A program made the translations under genes and the position numbers. A model generated the notes under the pieces. That model made no database searches and was not told the origin of the DNA. It was given only the letters and a program-made list of their open reading frames with translations. Shown here piece by piece: positions 35,947 through 44,418 of a stretch of 44,418 bases of DNA. Source of the DNA: a phage; sequence record PX502252.1, one strand, 5' to 3'. Each line of letters starts with the position of its first letter. Position 1 is the stretch's first letter.

Positions 35947-37605
35947 ATGCTGCAACGATTAAGTGCTTCCTTAGTGAAGTACAAGAGCAAGCTCATAGGA
36001 GCTACCTATAGGTTGCTTGGTGATAAACTTTTAGAGCTAAATAGTGTATCAGATTTTGGTGCAATACCTAATCTTGAAACAGATAGTACTAACTCCATTC
36101 AAGCTGCAATTGATGCGACCCCGTCTGGTGGTACTCTAGGCTTCTATGGTGGGCCTTATAGATTTGGTACTGTTACAGTGGATAAACCAATTACACTAGT
36201 TGGAGATGCAGATTTGCAGTTTGAGTGCATTCGTATCAAGACAAGTAAGTTTCGTAGTTTCTTGACAGGAACACTAACTGCTGCAAGATACGACAGTGCA
36301 TGTCGTGCATTTCAAATCTTAGCCTATGAAGATGGGGAAGATTATGAGGACATCAAGGTACATGGTGCACGTTTCGAGGGTTTCTTCTATAACACAGACT
36401 TCCGAGGCCGTTCTTACGATGCGTCAGAAAGTGATCCCGCTAACAGAGTGGTTCGGGATACCTCCATTATGGGTTGTACTTCAGTTCAACCTAAAGATGG
36501 TAAAGACAGAGGGCACTTTCAACACGTAGGTGTTACCAATGCCAAGTGCATAGGTAACTCAACGTATGGTGGTAAGAATGCTACTTCTTATAACTTCATT
36601 AATGGTAATGGCTCTTTGGTGGTTATTGGTAATTATGACCATGACAATGAATACGGCTCCTTAGAGATTGAGAATAACAAGATAAGCTATGGTGTGGTTA
36701 CTGGTAATATCTTCCATAAACAACTATGGATAGATGATACTAGCAATATTAATGTAATAGGTAACACCTGTACAGATAGGATTTACATTACTGCACAATC
36801 TAACAACTCTGAGAACGTATCAGTAGTGGGGAATAATGTACCACGCATCTACGTCAGTAAGTTTGGTCAAAGCCCAACAGGGCGTCACCGTAACTTGACT
36901 ATACGTGGTAATCATATCACTGGCAAGGATGTTCCTAACTGTATCTTCTTAGATGATTCTGTTGATTCCGCTTCTATTGAAGGTAATGATTGTTATGGTG
37001 TGTCTGGTGTTAAAGGCATAGCCATTACTCGTCATGCAGATGCTAACCATACAGTGCGTCATAATAACTTACATGGCACTAACTTACTCTTTAGTGGTTC
37101 GGGCGGAAAAGTTTATAGTTATGACAACTTTGATGTTGGAGTTGATGAATCCCCTGTGGCAGACAGAACTGACGCAGTGCACATTGACAACCTTCTTCGT
37201 GTAAATGATGAGTACCTTGATTTGCCAGGAAAGTACCTATACAAATCTAAGTATACAAGAGACATTACACAAGGTGGCTCAACCACTATTGAGTTACCTG
37301 TAACCACAAGTGGTTCTTTGGCTTTTCGTGGTATTAGTTTATGGGTTCTTATCCGTAACACTTCTACGGGGAACTTGTCTTCTTATCGTGTAGATGGAAG
37401 ACATGCAGTAAGTGGTTCTTCTGTGACTGTTAGCTTTGGAGAGAAGTATGGGGTATTAGGAGTGAATACTGGTGATGTTACTGTTAGTAATGATGCCTCT
37501 ACGACTACTCTTATTCGTATCAAGGTAAGCAATGAGCATGTAAGTCAGACAATGCAGGTTACAGTTGTACCAGAGGTAACAAGCAGATTAGGGACTGAAG
37601 AGTAA
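35947..37605 (+). CDS. Tailspike with pectate-lyase-like right-handed beta-helix (polysaccharide depolymerase)
   Basis: AAAGGAGGG SD; N-terminal VSDFGAIPN...TDSTNSIQAAIDATPSGGTL...TLVGD typical of beta-helix depolymerase start; repeated GN-containing rungs (VIGNYD, VIGNTC, VVGNNV, IRGNHI, IEGNDC). Confidence 0.8.
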   Translation: MLQRLSASLVKYKSKLIGATYRLLGDKLLELNSVSDFGAIPNLETDSTNSIQAAIDATPSGGTLGFYGGPYRFGTVTVDKPITLVGDADLQFECIRIKTSKFRSFLTGTLTAARYDSACRAFQILAYEDGEDYEDIKVHGARFEGFFYNTDFRGRSYDASESDPANRVVRDTSIMGCTSVQPKDGKDRGHFQHVGVTNAKCIGNSTYGGKNATSYNFINGNGSLVVIGNYDHDNEYGSLEIENNKISYGVVTGNIFHKQLWIDDTSNINVIGNTCTDRIYITAQSNNSENVSVVGNNVPRIYVSKFGQSPTGRHRNLTIRGNHITGKDVPNCIFLDDSVDSASIEGNDCYGVSGVKGIAITRHADANHTVRHNNLHGTNLLFSGSGGKVYSYDNFDVGVDESPVADRTDAVHIDNLLRVNDEYLDLPGKYLYKSKYTRDITQGGSTTIELPVTTSGSLAFRGISLWVLIRNTSTGNLSSYRVDGRHAVSGSSVTVSFGEKYGVLGVNTGDVTVSNDASTTTLIRIKVSNEHVSQTMQVTVVPEVTSRLGTEE

Positions 37606-37754
37606 TGCCATTAATCAAATCAGTTAAGCAAAGTGCTGTACGCCAGAACACAGAAGAACTTATTCAATCAGGACGTGACCCTAAGCAGGCTTATGCCATT
37701 GCCAAGGATGTACAACGTCGTGCAATGAAGAAACCTTCTGCATCTTCTGCGTAA
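37605..37754 (+). CDS. Small basic protein (49 aa), translationally coupled to tailspike
   Basis: ATG overlaps tailspike TAA (TAATG); MPLIKSVKQSAVRQNTEELIQSGRDPKQAYAIAKDVQRRAMKKPSASSA. Confidence 0.4.
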   Translation: MPLIKSVKQSAVRQNTEELIQSGRDPKQAYAIAKDVQRRAMKKPSASSA

Positions 37755-37893
37755 GCAGGTTAATATCTTAGTTTACACAAGGACAGACCTATGATAGCTC
37801 ACAGCACACCCCTGAGTGCCGCTCTGGATTCTATGAATTGTTCCCTGACTATCTAGGTTTGCTCTTAGTGTATTCCAAAGGAGGTCACATGTA

Positions 37894-38154
37894 ATGTTGG
37901 TTGTATCTAGTAAGAAGAAGCAGAGTGAAATGGATAAGATAGTTCAGACTGGCCTTGCTGCTAAGTCTGGTCAACCTCTTAATACTGGAACTGGTTCAAT
38001 TGACAAGATTGTTGAAACAGGCAAACAGGCCATGTCTGTTGGGTTGGACAAGAGTGAAAGGAAGCAGGCTGAGTTCAATAAGATCATTGAGTTCGGTAAG
38101 GAAGCTAAGAGGAAGTTCTTAAGGCCGTCTGCGGTAGAACCAGTAAGACACTAG
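37894..38154 (+). CDS. Small protein (86 aa) with three internal [DN]KI[VI][QE]xG repeats
   Basis: AAGGAGG SD; repeats DKIVQTG, DKIVETG, NKIIEFG; last gene before repeat-dense terminal region. Confidence 0.5.
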   Translation: MLVVSSKKKQSEMDKIVQTGLAAKSGQPLNTGTGSIDKIVETGKQAMSVGLDKSERKQAEFNKIIEFGKEAKRKFLRPSAVEPVRH

Positions 38155-38159
38155 GAAAC

Positions 38160-38900
38160 ATCTTAGTGTTGTACAAGGAATAACCAAAGTCAAAATTTTG
38201 ATGTAGGCGTGTGTGAGGTGTCTCGCCCTCGCCCTCGCCGGGATGTCCCCATAGGGTGGCCTGAGGGAATCCGTCTCCGACGGGCAGGGCTGATGCACTC
38301 CTTGTACTAGCTTAGTAGTACACAAGGGATGACCGTACTAGTTAGCTGGTACAGCCTAGTCTTTGCTCATGTACTAGCAAGGTGGAACGCCGGAGAACGC
38401 CTAGGACGGCCTAGGGATGGCTTAGTGGTGGACAAGGTGATTGCCTTAGTGAAGCCTCTTAGTGCATTCCTGAGGCTATTCAGGGCCATTCCTGAGCGTT
38501 TGACAGGGTGGGCGTGGGTGGGCTATCTGTTCGTTTCGTCGCTGGCGCTCCTCACTTCGTTTCGCCTAGCGCTCCACTCACAAGCCTGACGTGTACCTTA
38601 GTCACTACCTTAGGTTGTTCCTTGATGGATAGCTTAGGTTAACCTTAGTGGATTGCCTTAGTTAAAGCCTTAGTGCTTCACTTAGTATCAGCTTAGTAGT
38701 GTACCTTAGTCAGTCTTAGTGTTAGACCTTAGTGACTACATAGCTACGCTATAAGATGCAAATAGGTCGCGGTCGGTAGACCGCTAATAAGAAGTAATAG
38801 TAATAAGATGCAGTAGGAGGAACACCAGAAACCTAGTCAGCCTAGCCTATCCTAGCTCTGTATCTATTGCGTTTCCTTAGTCTCACATGTTAGACAACCT
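38160..38900. repeat. Non-coding, repeat-dense genome-terminus region (GC-rich block then array of about 11 CTTAGT/CCTTAGT units); probable site of terminal repeat/concatemer junction
   Basis: CTCGCC x3, TACTAG x3, ATTCCTGAG x2, TTCGTTTCG x2, then CTTAGT repeats every 10-14 bp (38590-38750); no SD-led ORFs; analogous to T7 terminal-repeat heptamer arrays. Confidence 0.6.
38880..38895. promoter_or_regulatory. Palindrome variant GTCTCACATGTTAGAC (site 7, one mismatch)
   Basis: 15/16 match to the recurrent palindrome. Confidence 0.5.
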
Positions 38901-38962
38901 AGGTTTATCATAGTAGTTGTGACATGTATCACATAAATAATCTATCTTAGTGAAACTTAGTG

Positions 38963-38991
38963 TTGACACAGGCAATCAACAGGTATACATT
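38963..38991 (+). promoter_or_regulatory. Candidate host sigma70 early promoter (TTGACA - 17 bp - TACATT)
   Basis: Perfect -35 hexamer, 17-bp spacer, -10 with 3/6 match; positioned at start of early region. Confidence 0.4.
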
Positions 38992-39212
38992 AGCAATCAC
39001 TGAGGCGGACCTAGCAAGCTGCCTCAGGTTATAAGCAGGAGAATTGATGCGTAAGCCGTAGCTAGCGGATGTAGTCGCATGAAGGCTTGAGTAAGGGGCC
39101 GTTTAATACCTTCTTCTTCTGGAGACAAAGCTTATAATACCGCTCTTTAACAATTTGCTTAGTGTAACCTATGTATGCCGTGGTTAATTACTTATTGAAT
39201 GAGGTATTAACT

Positions 39213-39290
39213 ATGGGTAAGTTCCTTGCTGGTTTCATCCTTGCCACTGCTATCTTTGATAATGCAGCATTGGCTCTGGGTTTGTATTAA
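39213..39290 (+). CDS. Tiny hydrophobic peptide (25 aa)
   Basis: GAGG 8 nt upstream; MGKFLAGFILATAIFDNAALALGLY. Confidence 0.3.
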   Translation: MGKFLAGFILATAIFDNAALALGLY

Positions 39291-39311
39291 TAGACACAAG
39301 AGGGATTAACT

Positions 39312-39422
39312 ATGAGTTTAGCGACAACGAGTTACGAAGAATTATATGAAACCTACTACAACGCATTGGATGAAGGAGAAGAAGCATTATCCTTTGCTGA
39401 GTTTATGGAGGCTTTATCATGA
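39312..39422 (+). CDS. Small acidic early protein (36 aa)
   Basis: AGAGGGA SD; stop overlaps next start (ATGA). Confidence 0.4.
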   Translation: MSLATTSYEELYETYYNALDEGEEALSFAEFMEALS

Positions 39423-39601
39423 TTCTGAATAACCGTGAACTATCCGTTCTCTTCACCTTGTTATGCTATCTGATATATAGAAATGAGTCACTCAGTGATG
39501 ATGAGTTGTCTTTGTATCACCGCTTTCTTAACGATGGTTGGGTGGATACATTAAACCAGAAACGTGACTTGATGAAGGAGCTAACCAATGTATCAGCATG
39601 A
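39419..39601 (+). CDS. Early hypothetical protein (60 aa)
   Basis: ATGA-coupled to upstream ORF. Confidence 0.5.
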   Translation: MILNNRELSVLFTLLCYLIYRNESLSDDELSLYHRFLNDGWVDTLNQKRDLMKELTNVSA

Positions 39602-39812
39602 AGTTTTCTTTGAATCAGCCAGCGAAGCTATTCGCTTCTTTGAGGACATGCTGCGAAATGGTGTAGGTGTGCATGTACATAGCTTTCTACTAGATTATGA
39701 CACTGAATATCACCGCGTTACCTTGGTGTCTGAGTACGACCATCAAACGATTACCGAGTATCTAGGTAGCGAAGATTATGATTACGACCAAGTAATCACA
39801 ACAAACCTATAA
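39588..39812 (+). CDS. Early acidic hypothetical protein (74 aa)
   Basis: GAAGGAG 7 nt upstream of ATG. Confidence 0.6.
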   Translation: MYQHEVFFESASEAIRFFEDMLRNGVGVHVHSFLLDYDTEYHRVTLVSEYDHQTITEYLGSEDYDYDQVITTNL

Positions 39813-39991
39813 ATTAACTATTGACAGCCACGGCATACAAGGTTACATTAAGCATCAAGACGGCGACGTCTTTAAACATCCCGCTCTTTAACAATTTGGA
39901 TAGTCGCTTCTTAGTCTGGATAGGTTAAACCTAGGAGATTCTCTTGAGTCTCCTATAATGTAACCTAACTAACTAAATGAGGATTAATAAC

Positions 39992-40345
39992 ATGGCTATG
40001 TCTAATATGACTTACTCTCAGGTTTACAACACCGCTCACGCTGCATTAGTTGAACGTATCTGGGATGATGCTATTGATTGTATTGATAACGCACATGATG
40101 CAATCCATGAGGCGGCGGATAGGGCTGTACCAATCTATTATGCTGACATCTTCTCGGTGATGGCGAGTGAAGGCATTGATCATTTCTTCGAAGACTCCGG
40201 CCTGATGCCAGACGCTAAGGATGTAACGGTAGTATTGCAAGCCCGTATCTATGAGCAACTCACAATTGATCTGTGGGAACGTGTTCAGGATATGATTGAT
40301 GCATACATCGACTCCGCCGAAGATTTAGAAGAAGAGGAAGAATAA
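39992..40345 (+). CDS. ocr: Ocr-like DNA-mimic anti-restriction protein (T7 gene 0.3 homologue)
   Basis: 117 aa starting MAMSNMTY; shares HDAIH...[33 protein letters not shown]...[15 protein letters not shown] and acidic C-terminus with T7 Ocr as I recall it. Confidence 0.75.
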   Translation: MAMSNMTYSQVYNTAHAALVERIWDDAIDCIDNAHDAIHEAADRAVPIYYADIFSVMASEGIDHFFEDSGLMPDAKDVTVVLQARIYEQLTIDLWERVQDMIDAYIDSAEDLEEEEE

Positions 40346-40346
40346 G

Positions 40347-40460
40347 ATGGAAAAACAATACAATTTCATCTTTTCAGACGGTGTGACCTTAAAATGTTCC
40401 TTGCGATTCGCACAGATTCGCGAGGAAGTGCTAGGAACTACATACAAACTATTTAGCTGA
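40347..40460 (+). CDS. Small early protein (37 aa)
   Basis: ATG 2 nt after ocr stop, GAGGAAG upstream; 3' end overlaps phage promoter. Confidence 0.35.
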   Translation: MEKQYNFIFSDGVTLKCSLRFAQIREEVLGTTYKLFS

Positions 40461-40473
40461 CACTATAAGAGAG
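40451..40473 (+). promoter_or_regulatory. SP6-type phage promoter variant (ATTTAGCTGACACTATAAGAGAG)
   Basis: Core TGACACTATA conserved; +1 region AAGAGAG shifted by one. Confidence 0.55.
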
Positions 40474-40533
40474 GGTTTAACAGGGTGCTCTTGCGAGAGT
40501 GCCCGATTAAATCAACTTAACGAGGTGTTAAAT

Positions 40534-40710
40534 ATGAAATACATACTGATTGCTATGTTTTCTGGCTTCATTGGCTATGCTGGTGCTTCTTATGACAACT
40601 ACAGAAGTAAGCAATTGGCTGCTGAAAAGTGGGATAAAACCTACTTTGCTTGTATGAAACAAGGTAATTTGATGCAAGATTGCATACTTAAAGCGCACAG
40701 CGAAGAGTGA
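40534..40710 (+). CDS. Small early protein with N-terminal hydrophobic signal/TM segment (58 aa)
   Basis: GAGG 8 nt upstream; MKYILIAMFSGFIGYAGA...; three Cys. Confidence 0.55.
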   Translation: MKYILIAMFSGFIGYAGASYDNYRSKQLAAEKWDKTYFACMKQGNLMQDCILKAHSEE

Positions 40711-40774
40711 TGAGCCTATAGCCTACTTAAGTGGGCTATGTGAACATCATTCATTAACTCAAAAGGTGACTATT

Positions 40775-41659
40775 ATGACTACTGAAAACACCCTCCTGTC
40801 TGTTCGTGAAGCTGCAACCGCTGAGATCAAGCAACACTTAGACAATATCGGCACTTCTTACATCAAAGTTGGCGCTTGTCTTAATGAGTTACGCGGTGAC
40901 TTTGAAGGTCAAAAAGACTTTTTGGCTTATGTAGAAGCAGAAATTGGAATCAAGAAAGCACAATGTTACAAGCTGATGAGTGTAGCCCGTGTCTTTGAAG
41001 GCGATGATCGCTTTAAAGGCGTGGCGATGCGTGTAATGCTGGCACTTATTCCTTTCGCTGATGAAAATATCATCATGGAGAAAGCCGCAGAACTTGCCGC
41101 AGCGGGCAAGCTGGACACTAACGCCGTGAACGCCCTGATTGAGCCTAAGAAAGAGCCAAAGTCTGAGACGGTACAACCCAAGGCTGAGCCTGTAAAACCG
41201 CAGGAGAACGCGACTGCGTCCGCAGAATCACAGGAAACGCAAGCGCCGCAGGAAGTGCCGCCAGCAAGTGAGTCTGATGACGACGAATCAGCACCGTGGG
41301 AAGAGGAAAGCAAGCCGGAAGCGCCTAAGGCCGCGCCACTGGATAACACGGCTAACACTGAGAACGCCGCCATGTCTGGCCTGCTGGCACAAATTAAGTC
41401 ACTGACTGAGCAATTACAGGCAGCTAACGACCGCATCGCCGCCCTAACCAGTGCACGCGAAAGCAAGAAAGCCGCCGCTCCTATGCTCCCGCAATTCAAA
41501 TCTTCTTGCTTTTACGCTCGCTTAGGATTGAGCGCTGAGGAGGCAACGAAGAAAACAGCGGTGAACAAGGCACGCCGCGAACTGGTTAAGCTGGGATATG
41601 GTGAAGGCCATGAGGCATGGGCTTTAATCTCTGAGGCAGTAGAAGAATTAACTAAGTAA
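40775..41659 (+). CDS. Early protein (294 aa), two domains joined by acidic P/E/A/K-rich low-complexity linker; function unknown
   Basis: Position of T7 gene 0.7 but no kinase motifs recognised; ATG 40775 preferred over GTG 40766. Confidence 0.7.
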   Translation: MTTENTLLSVREAATAEIKQHLDNIGTSYIKVGACLNELRGDFEGQKDFLAYVEAEIGIKKAQCYKLMSVARVFEGDDRFKGVAMRVMLALIPFADENIIMEKAAELAAAGKLDTNAVNALIEPKKEPKSETVQPKAEPVKPQENATASAESQETQAPQEVPPASESDDDESAPWEEESKPEAPKAAPLDNTANTENAAMSGLLAQIKSLTEQLQAANDRIAALTSARESKKAAAPMLPQFKSSCFYARLGLSAEEATKKTAVNKARRELVKLGYGEGHEAWALISEAVEELTK

Positions 41660-41722
41660 CCTTATCGGTGGCATCTTCTTAGGTGTCACCTATTAAGGTT
41701 TCTTTCACTAGGAGTAAACAAG

Positions 41723-44350
41723 ATGCAAGATTTACACGCTATCCAGCTTCAGCTTGAAGAGGAAATGTTTAACGGCGGTATTCGTCGCTTTGAAGCAGAC
41801 CAACAACGCCAGATTGCATCAGGTAATGAATCCGATACGGCATGGAATCGTCGCCTATTGTCGGAACTTATCGCACCTATGGCTGAAGGTATTCAGGCTT
41901 ATAAGGAAACCTACGAAGGCAAGAAAGGACGCGCACCGCGTGCACTGGCTTTCATTAACTGCGTAGAGAACGAAGTGGCAGCATATATCACGATGAAGAT
42001 CGTAATGGATATGCTTAACACTGATGTAACCTTGCAAGCCATAGCAATGAATGTAGCTGATCGCATCGAAGACCAAGTACGCTTCAGCAAGCTGGAAGGT
42101 CACGCCGCCAAATACTTTGAGAAAGTAAAGAAGTCGCTTAAGGCAAGTAAGACTAAATCATATCGCCATGCGCACAACGTAGCGGTGGTGGCTGAGAAGT
42201 CAGTAGCTGACCGTGACTCTGATTTCTCTCGCTGGGAAGCATGGCCTAAAGATACCTTGCTACAAATCGGTATGACCTTGCTAGAAATACTGGAGAATAG
42301 TGTATTCTTCAATGGTCATCCTGTTTTCCTCCGCACCTTGCGCACTAATGGTGGTAAGCATGGTGTTTACTACTTACAGACCAGTGAACATGTAGGGAAA
42401 TGGATTACAGCATTCAAAGAACATGTAGCGCAACTAAGCCCAGCGTATGCACCTTGCGTTATACCTCCACGTCCGTGGGTTTCTCCTTTTAATGGTGGAT
42501 TTCACACTGAGAAGGTGGCAAGCCGCATCCGTCTAGTTAAAGGAAACCGCGAGCACGTCCGCAAGTTAACCAAAAAGCAGATGCCAGCGGTTTACAAGGC
42601 TGTTAACGCTTTGCAGGAGACTAAATGGCAGGTTAATAAAGAAGTCTTGCAGGTAGTAGAAGACGTTATCCGTCTCGACCTTGGCTATGGTGTACCTTCA
42701 TTTAAACCACTCATCGACCGCGAGAATAAGCCAGCTAACCCAGTGCCGTTAGAATTCCAGCACTTGCGAGGCCGTGAGTTGAAAGAAATGTTAACGCCGG
42801 AACAATGGCAAGCCTTCATTAACTGGAAAGGTGAATGTACCAAGCTGTATACCGCAGAGACTAAGCGCGGCAGCAAGTCGGCGGCAACCGTTCGCATGGT
42901 AGGGCAGGCCCGTAAATACAGCCAGTTTGACGCTATTTATTTTGTATATGCACTGGATAGCCGTTCACGCGTTTATGCGCAATCTAGCACGCTCTCACCG
43001 CAATCAAACGACTTAGGCAAGGCGCTCCTACGGTTTACCGAAGGGCAGACTATAAACAGCGCTGAGGCGCTTAAGTGGTTTTTGGTGAACGGGGCGAATA
43101 ACTGGGGTTGGGATAAGAAAACCTTTGACGTGCGCACCGCTAACGTGTTGGATGGTGAATTCCAAGACATGTGCCGCGATATTGCAGCCGACCCGCTGAC
43201 CTTTACTCAATGGGTAAATGCTGATTCTCCTTACGGTTTCCTTGCATGGTGCTTTGAATACGCGCGTTATCTAGATGCGCTGGATGAAGGCACGCAAGAC
43301 CAATTCATGACGCACCTACCAGTACACCAAGATGGTAGCTGTTCCGGCATCCAGCACTACAGCGCTATGCTACGCGACGAAGTCGGTGCTAAGGCGGTAA
43401 ACCTTAAACCATCCAACGAGCCGCAAGACATTTATGGCGCGGTTGCTCAGGTTGTTATCCAGAAGAATTACGCCTACATGAATGCAGATGATGCGGAAAC
43501 TTTCACATCTGGAAGTGTAACCCTTACAGGTGCAGAACTGCGCAGCATGGCTAACGCGTGGGATATGATTGGGATCACTCGCGGCCTGACCAAGAAACCC
43601 GTTATGACCCTGCCATACGGCTCCACACGCTTAACCTGCCGTGAATCGGTGATTGATTATATCGTTGATTTGGAAGAAAAAGAGGCACAACGAGCTATCG
43701 CCGAAGGGCGGACGGCGAATCCTGTGCACCCTTTTGATAATGACCGTAAAGACTACCTGACACCGGGCGCGGCATATAACTATATGACTGCTCTCATCTG
43801 GCCTTCCATCTCTGAGGTTGTGAAAGCTCCGATAGTTGCCATGAAAATGATTCGCCAGCTTGCACGTTTCGCAGCTAAGAGGAACGAAGGATTAGAATAC
43901 CCCTTACCGACTGGCTTCATCTTGCAACAAAAGATAATGGCAACCGATATGCTTCGCGTATCCACTTGCTTGATGGGTGAAATCAAGATGAGTCTCCAGA
44001 TTGAAACAGATGTAGTTGATGAAACGGCAATGATGGGTGCGGCTGCTCCTAACTTCGTGCACGGTCATGATGCTAGCCACCTGATTCTGACTGTATGTGA
44101 CCTAGTGGATAAAGGTATTACATCCATTGCAGTCATCCATGATTCTTTCGGCACTCATGCAGGACGTACCGCAGACCTGCGGGATAGCTTAAGGGCAGAA
44201 ATGGTTAAGATGTATCAAGACCATAATGCCTTGCAAAACCTGCTGGATGTGCACGAAGAACGTTGGTTAGTAGATACCGGAATCCAAGTACCAGAGCAAG
44301 GAGAGTTTGACCTTAACGAAATCTTAGTATCTGACTATTGCTTCGCATAA
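41723..44350 (+). CDS. Single-subunit DNA-directed RNA polymerase, SP6-type
   Basis: 875 aa; N-terminus [32 protein letters not shown] and long stretches match SP6 RNAP as I recall it; motifs [14 protein letters not shown] and VHDSFGTH; cognate promoters throughout genome. Confidence 0.97.
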   Translation: MQDLHAIQLQLEEEMFNGGIRRFEADQQRQIASGNESDTAWNRRLLSELIAPMAEGIQAYKETYEGKKGRAPRALAFINCVENEVAAYITMKIVMDMLNTDVTLQAIAMNVADRIEDQVRFSKLEGHAAKYFEKVKKSLKASKTKSYRHAHNVAVVAEKSVADRDSDFSRWEAWPKDTLLQIGMTLLEILENSVFFNGHPVFLRTLRTNGGKHGVYYLQTSEHVGKWITAFKEHVAQLSPAYAPCVIPPRPWVSPFNGGFHTEKVASRIRLVKGNREHVRKLTKKQMPAVYKAVNALQETKWQVNKEVLQVVEDVIRLDLGYGVPSFKPLIDRENKPANPVPLEFQHLRGRELKEMLTPEQWQAFINWKGECTKLYTAETKRGSKSAATVRMVGQARKYSQFDAIYFVYALDSRSRVYAQSSTLSPQSNDLGKALLRFTEGQTINSAEALKWFLVNGANNWGWDKKTFDVRTANVLDGEFQDMCRDIAADPLTFTQWVNADSPYGFLAWCFEYARYLDALDEGTQDQFMTHLPVHQDGSCSGIQHYSAMLRDEVGAKAVNLKPSNEPQDIYGAVAQVVIQKNYAYMNADDAETFTSGSVTLTGAELRSMANAWDMIGITRGLTKKPVMTLPYGSTRLTCRESVIDYIVDLEEKEAQRAIAEGRTANPVHPFDNDRKDYLTPGAAYNYMTALIWPSISEVVKAPIVAMKMIRQLARFAAKRNEGLEYPLPTGFILQQKIMATDMLRVSTCLMGEIKMSLQIETDVVDETAMMGAAAPNFVHGHDASHLILTVCDLVDKGITSIAVIHDSFGTHAGRTADLRDSLRAEMVKMYQDHNALQNLLDVHEERWLVDTGIQVPEQGEFDLNEILVSDYCFA

Positions 44351-44357
44351 TATTGAT

Positions 44358-44389
44358 AGGCCATTCCTTCGGGAGTGGCCTTTTCTTTT
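44358..44389 (+). terminator. Hairpin terminator immediately downstream of RNAP stop
   Basis: AGGCCATTCC-TTCG-GGAGTGGCCT followed by TTTTCTTTT; same as 31-62. Confidence 0.65.
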
Positions 44390-44418
44390 ACCTACTACCT
44401 GTAACATTTCATTAACAT

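Noticed and set aside
35765-35962. 65-aa + strand ORF between the receptor-binding genes
   Set aside because: Spans the hairpin terminator and the SD of the downstream tailspike; Cys/Trp-rich; the alternative SD-led 47-aa ORF at 35719-35862 explains the region better
38329-38589. 86-aa + strand ORF in the GC-rich terminal region
   Set aside because: No SD, sits wholly within the repeat-dense non-coding terminus, Trp/Leu/Arg-rich composition expected from GC-rich random sequence
38590-38750. Possible CRISPR-like array (short regularly spaced repeats)
   Set aside because: Repeat unit is only 6-7 bp with 4-8 bp spacers and no cas genes; pattern matches T7-type terminal-repeat heptamer arrays, not CRISPR
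1-44418. Integrase, transposase, tRNA, toxin-antitoxin, restriction-modification or other known defence modules
   Set aside because: No recognisable motifs for any of these in any frame; genome is a compact strictly lytic T7-supergroup layout with all genes on one strand

Overview
This window is a complete, circularly permuted genome of a T7-supergroup podophage of the SP6/K1-5 type (Autographiviridae-like), about 44.3 kb of unique sequence; bases 1-88 are identical to 44331-44418. All credible genes are on the + strand. Order in the window: gene-1.1-like ORF, primase/helicase, DNA polymerase, 5'-3' exonuclease, endonuclease VII, phosphoesterase, DUF3310 protein, DNA ligase, GNAT acetyltransferase, then portal, scaffold, major capsid, tail tube A/B, three internal virion proteins, tail-fibre adaptor, holin, small and large terminase, a triplet of paralogous small genes, M15 endolysin, overlapping spanins, two receptor-binding proteins, a repeat-dense GC-rich terminal region, an early region including an Ocr-like DNA mimic, and a single-subunit RNA polymerase closely resembling SP6 RNAP. 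About a dozen SP6-type phage promoters (ATTTACTGGACACTATAGAAG) and several hairpin terminators are visible. I found no CRISPR array, tRNA, integrase or recognisable defence/toxin system. The most unusual signals are a 16-bp perfect palindrome recurring at seven intergenic sites, a T7-like origin architecture after the RNAP gene, intragenic promoters that always encode Asp-Thr-Ile, a tandem triplet of paralogous genes, and a frame anomaly upstream of the phosphoesterase. All calls rest on reading the sequence and recalled family motifs; no searches were run.
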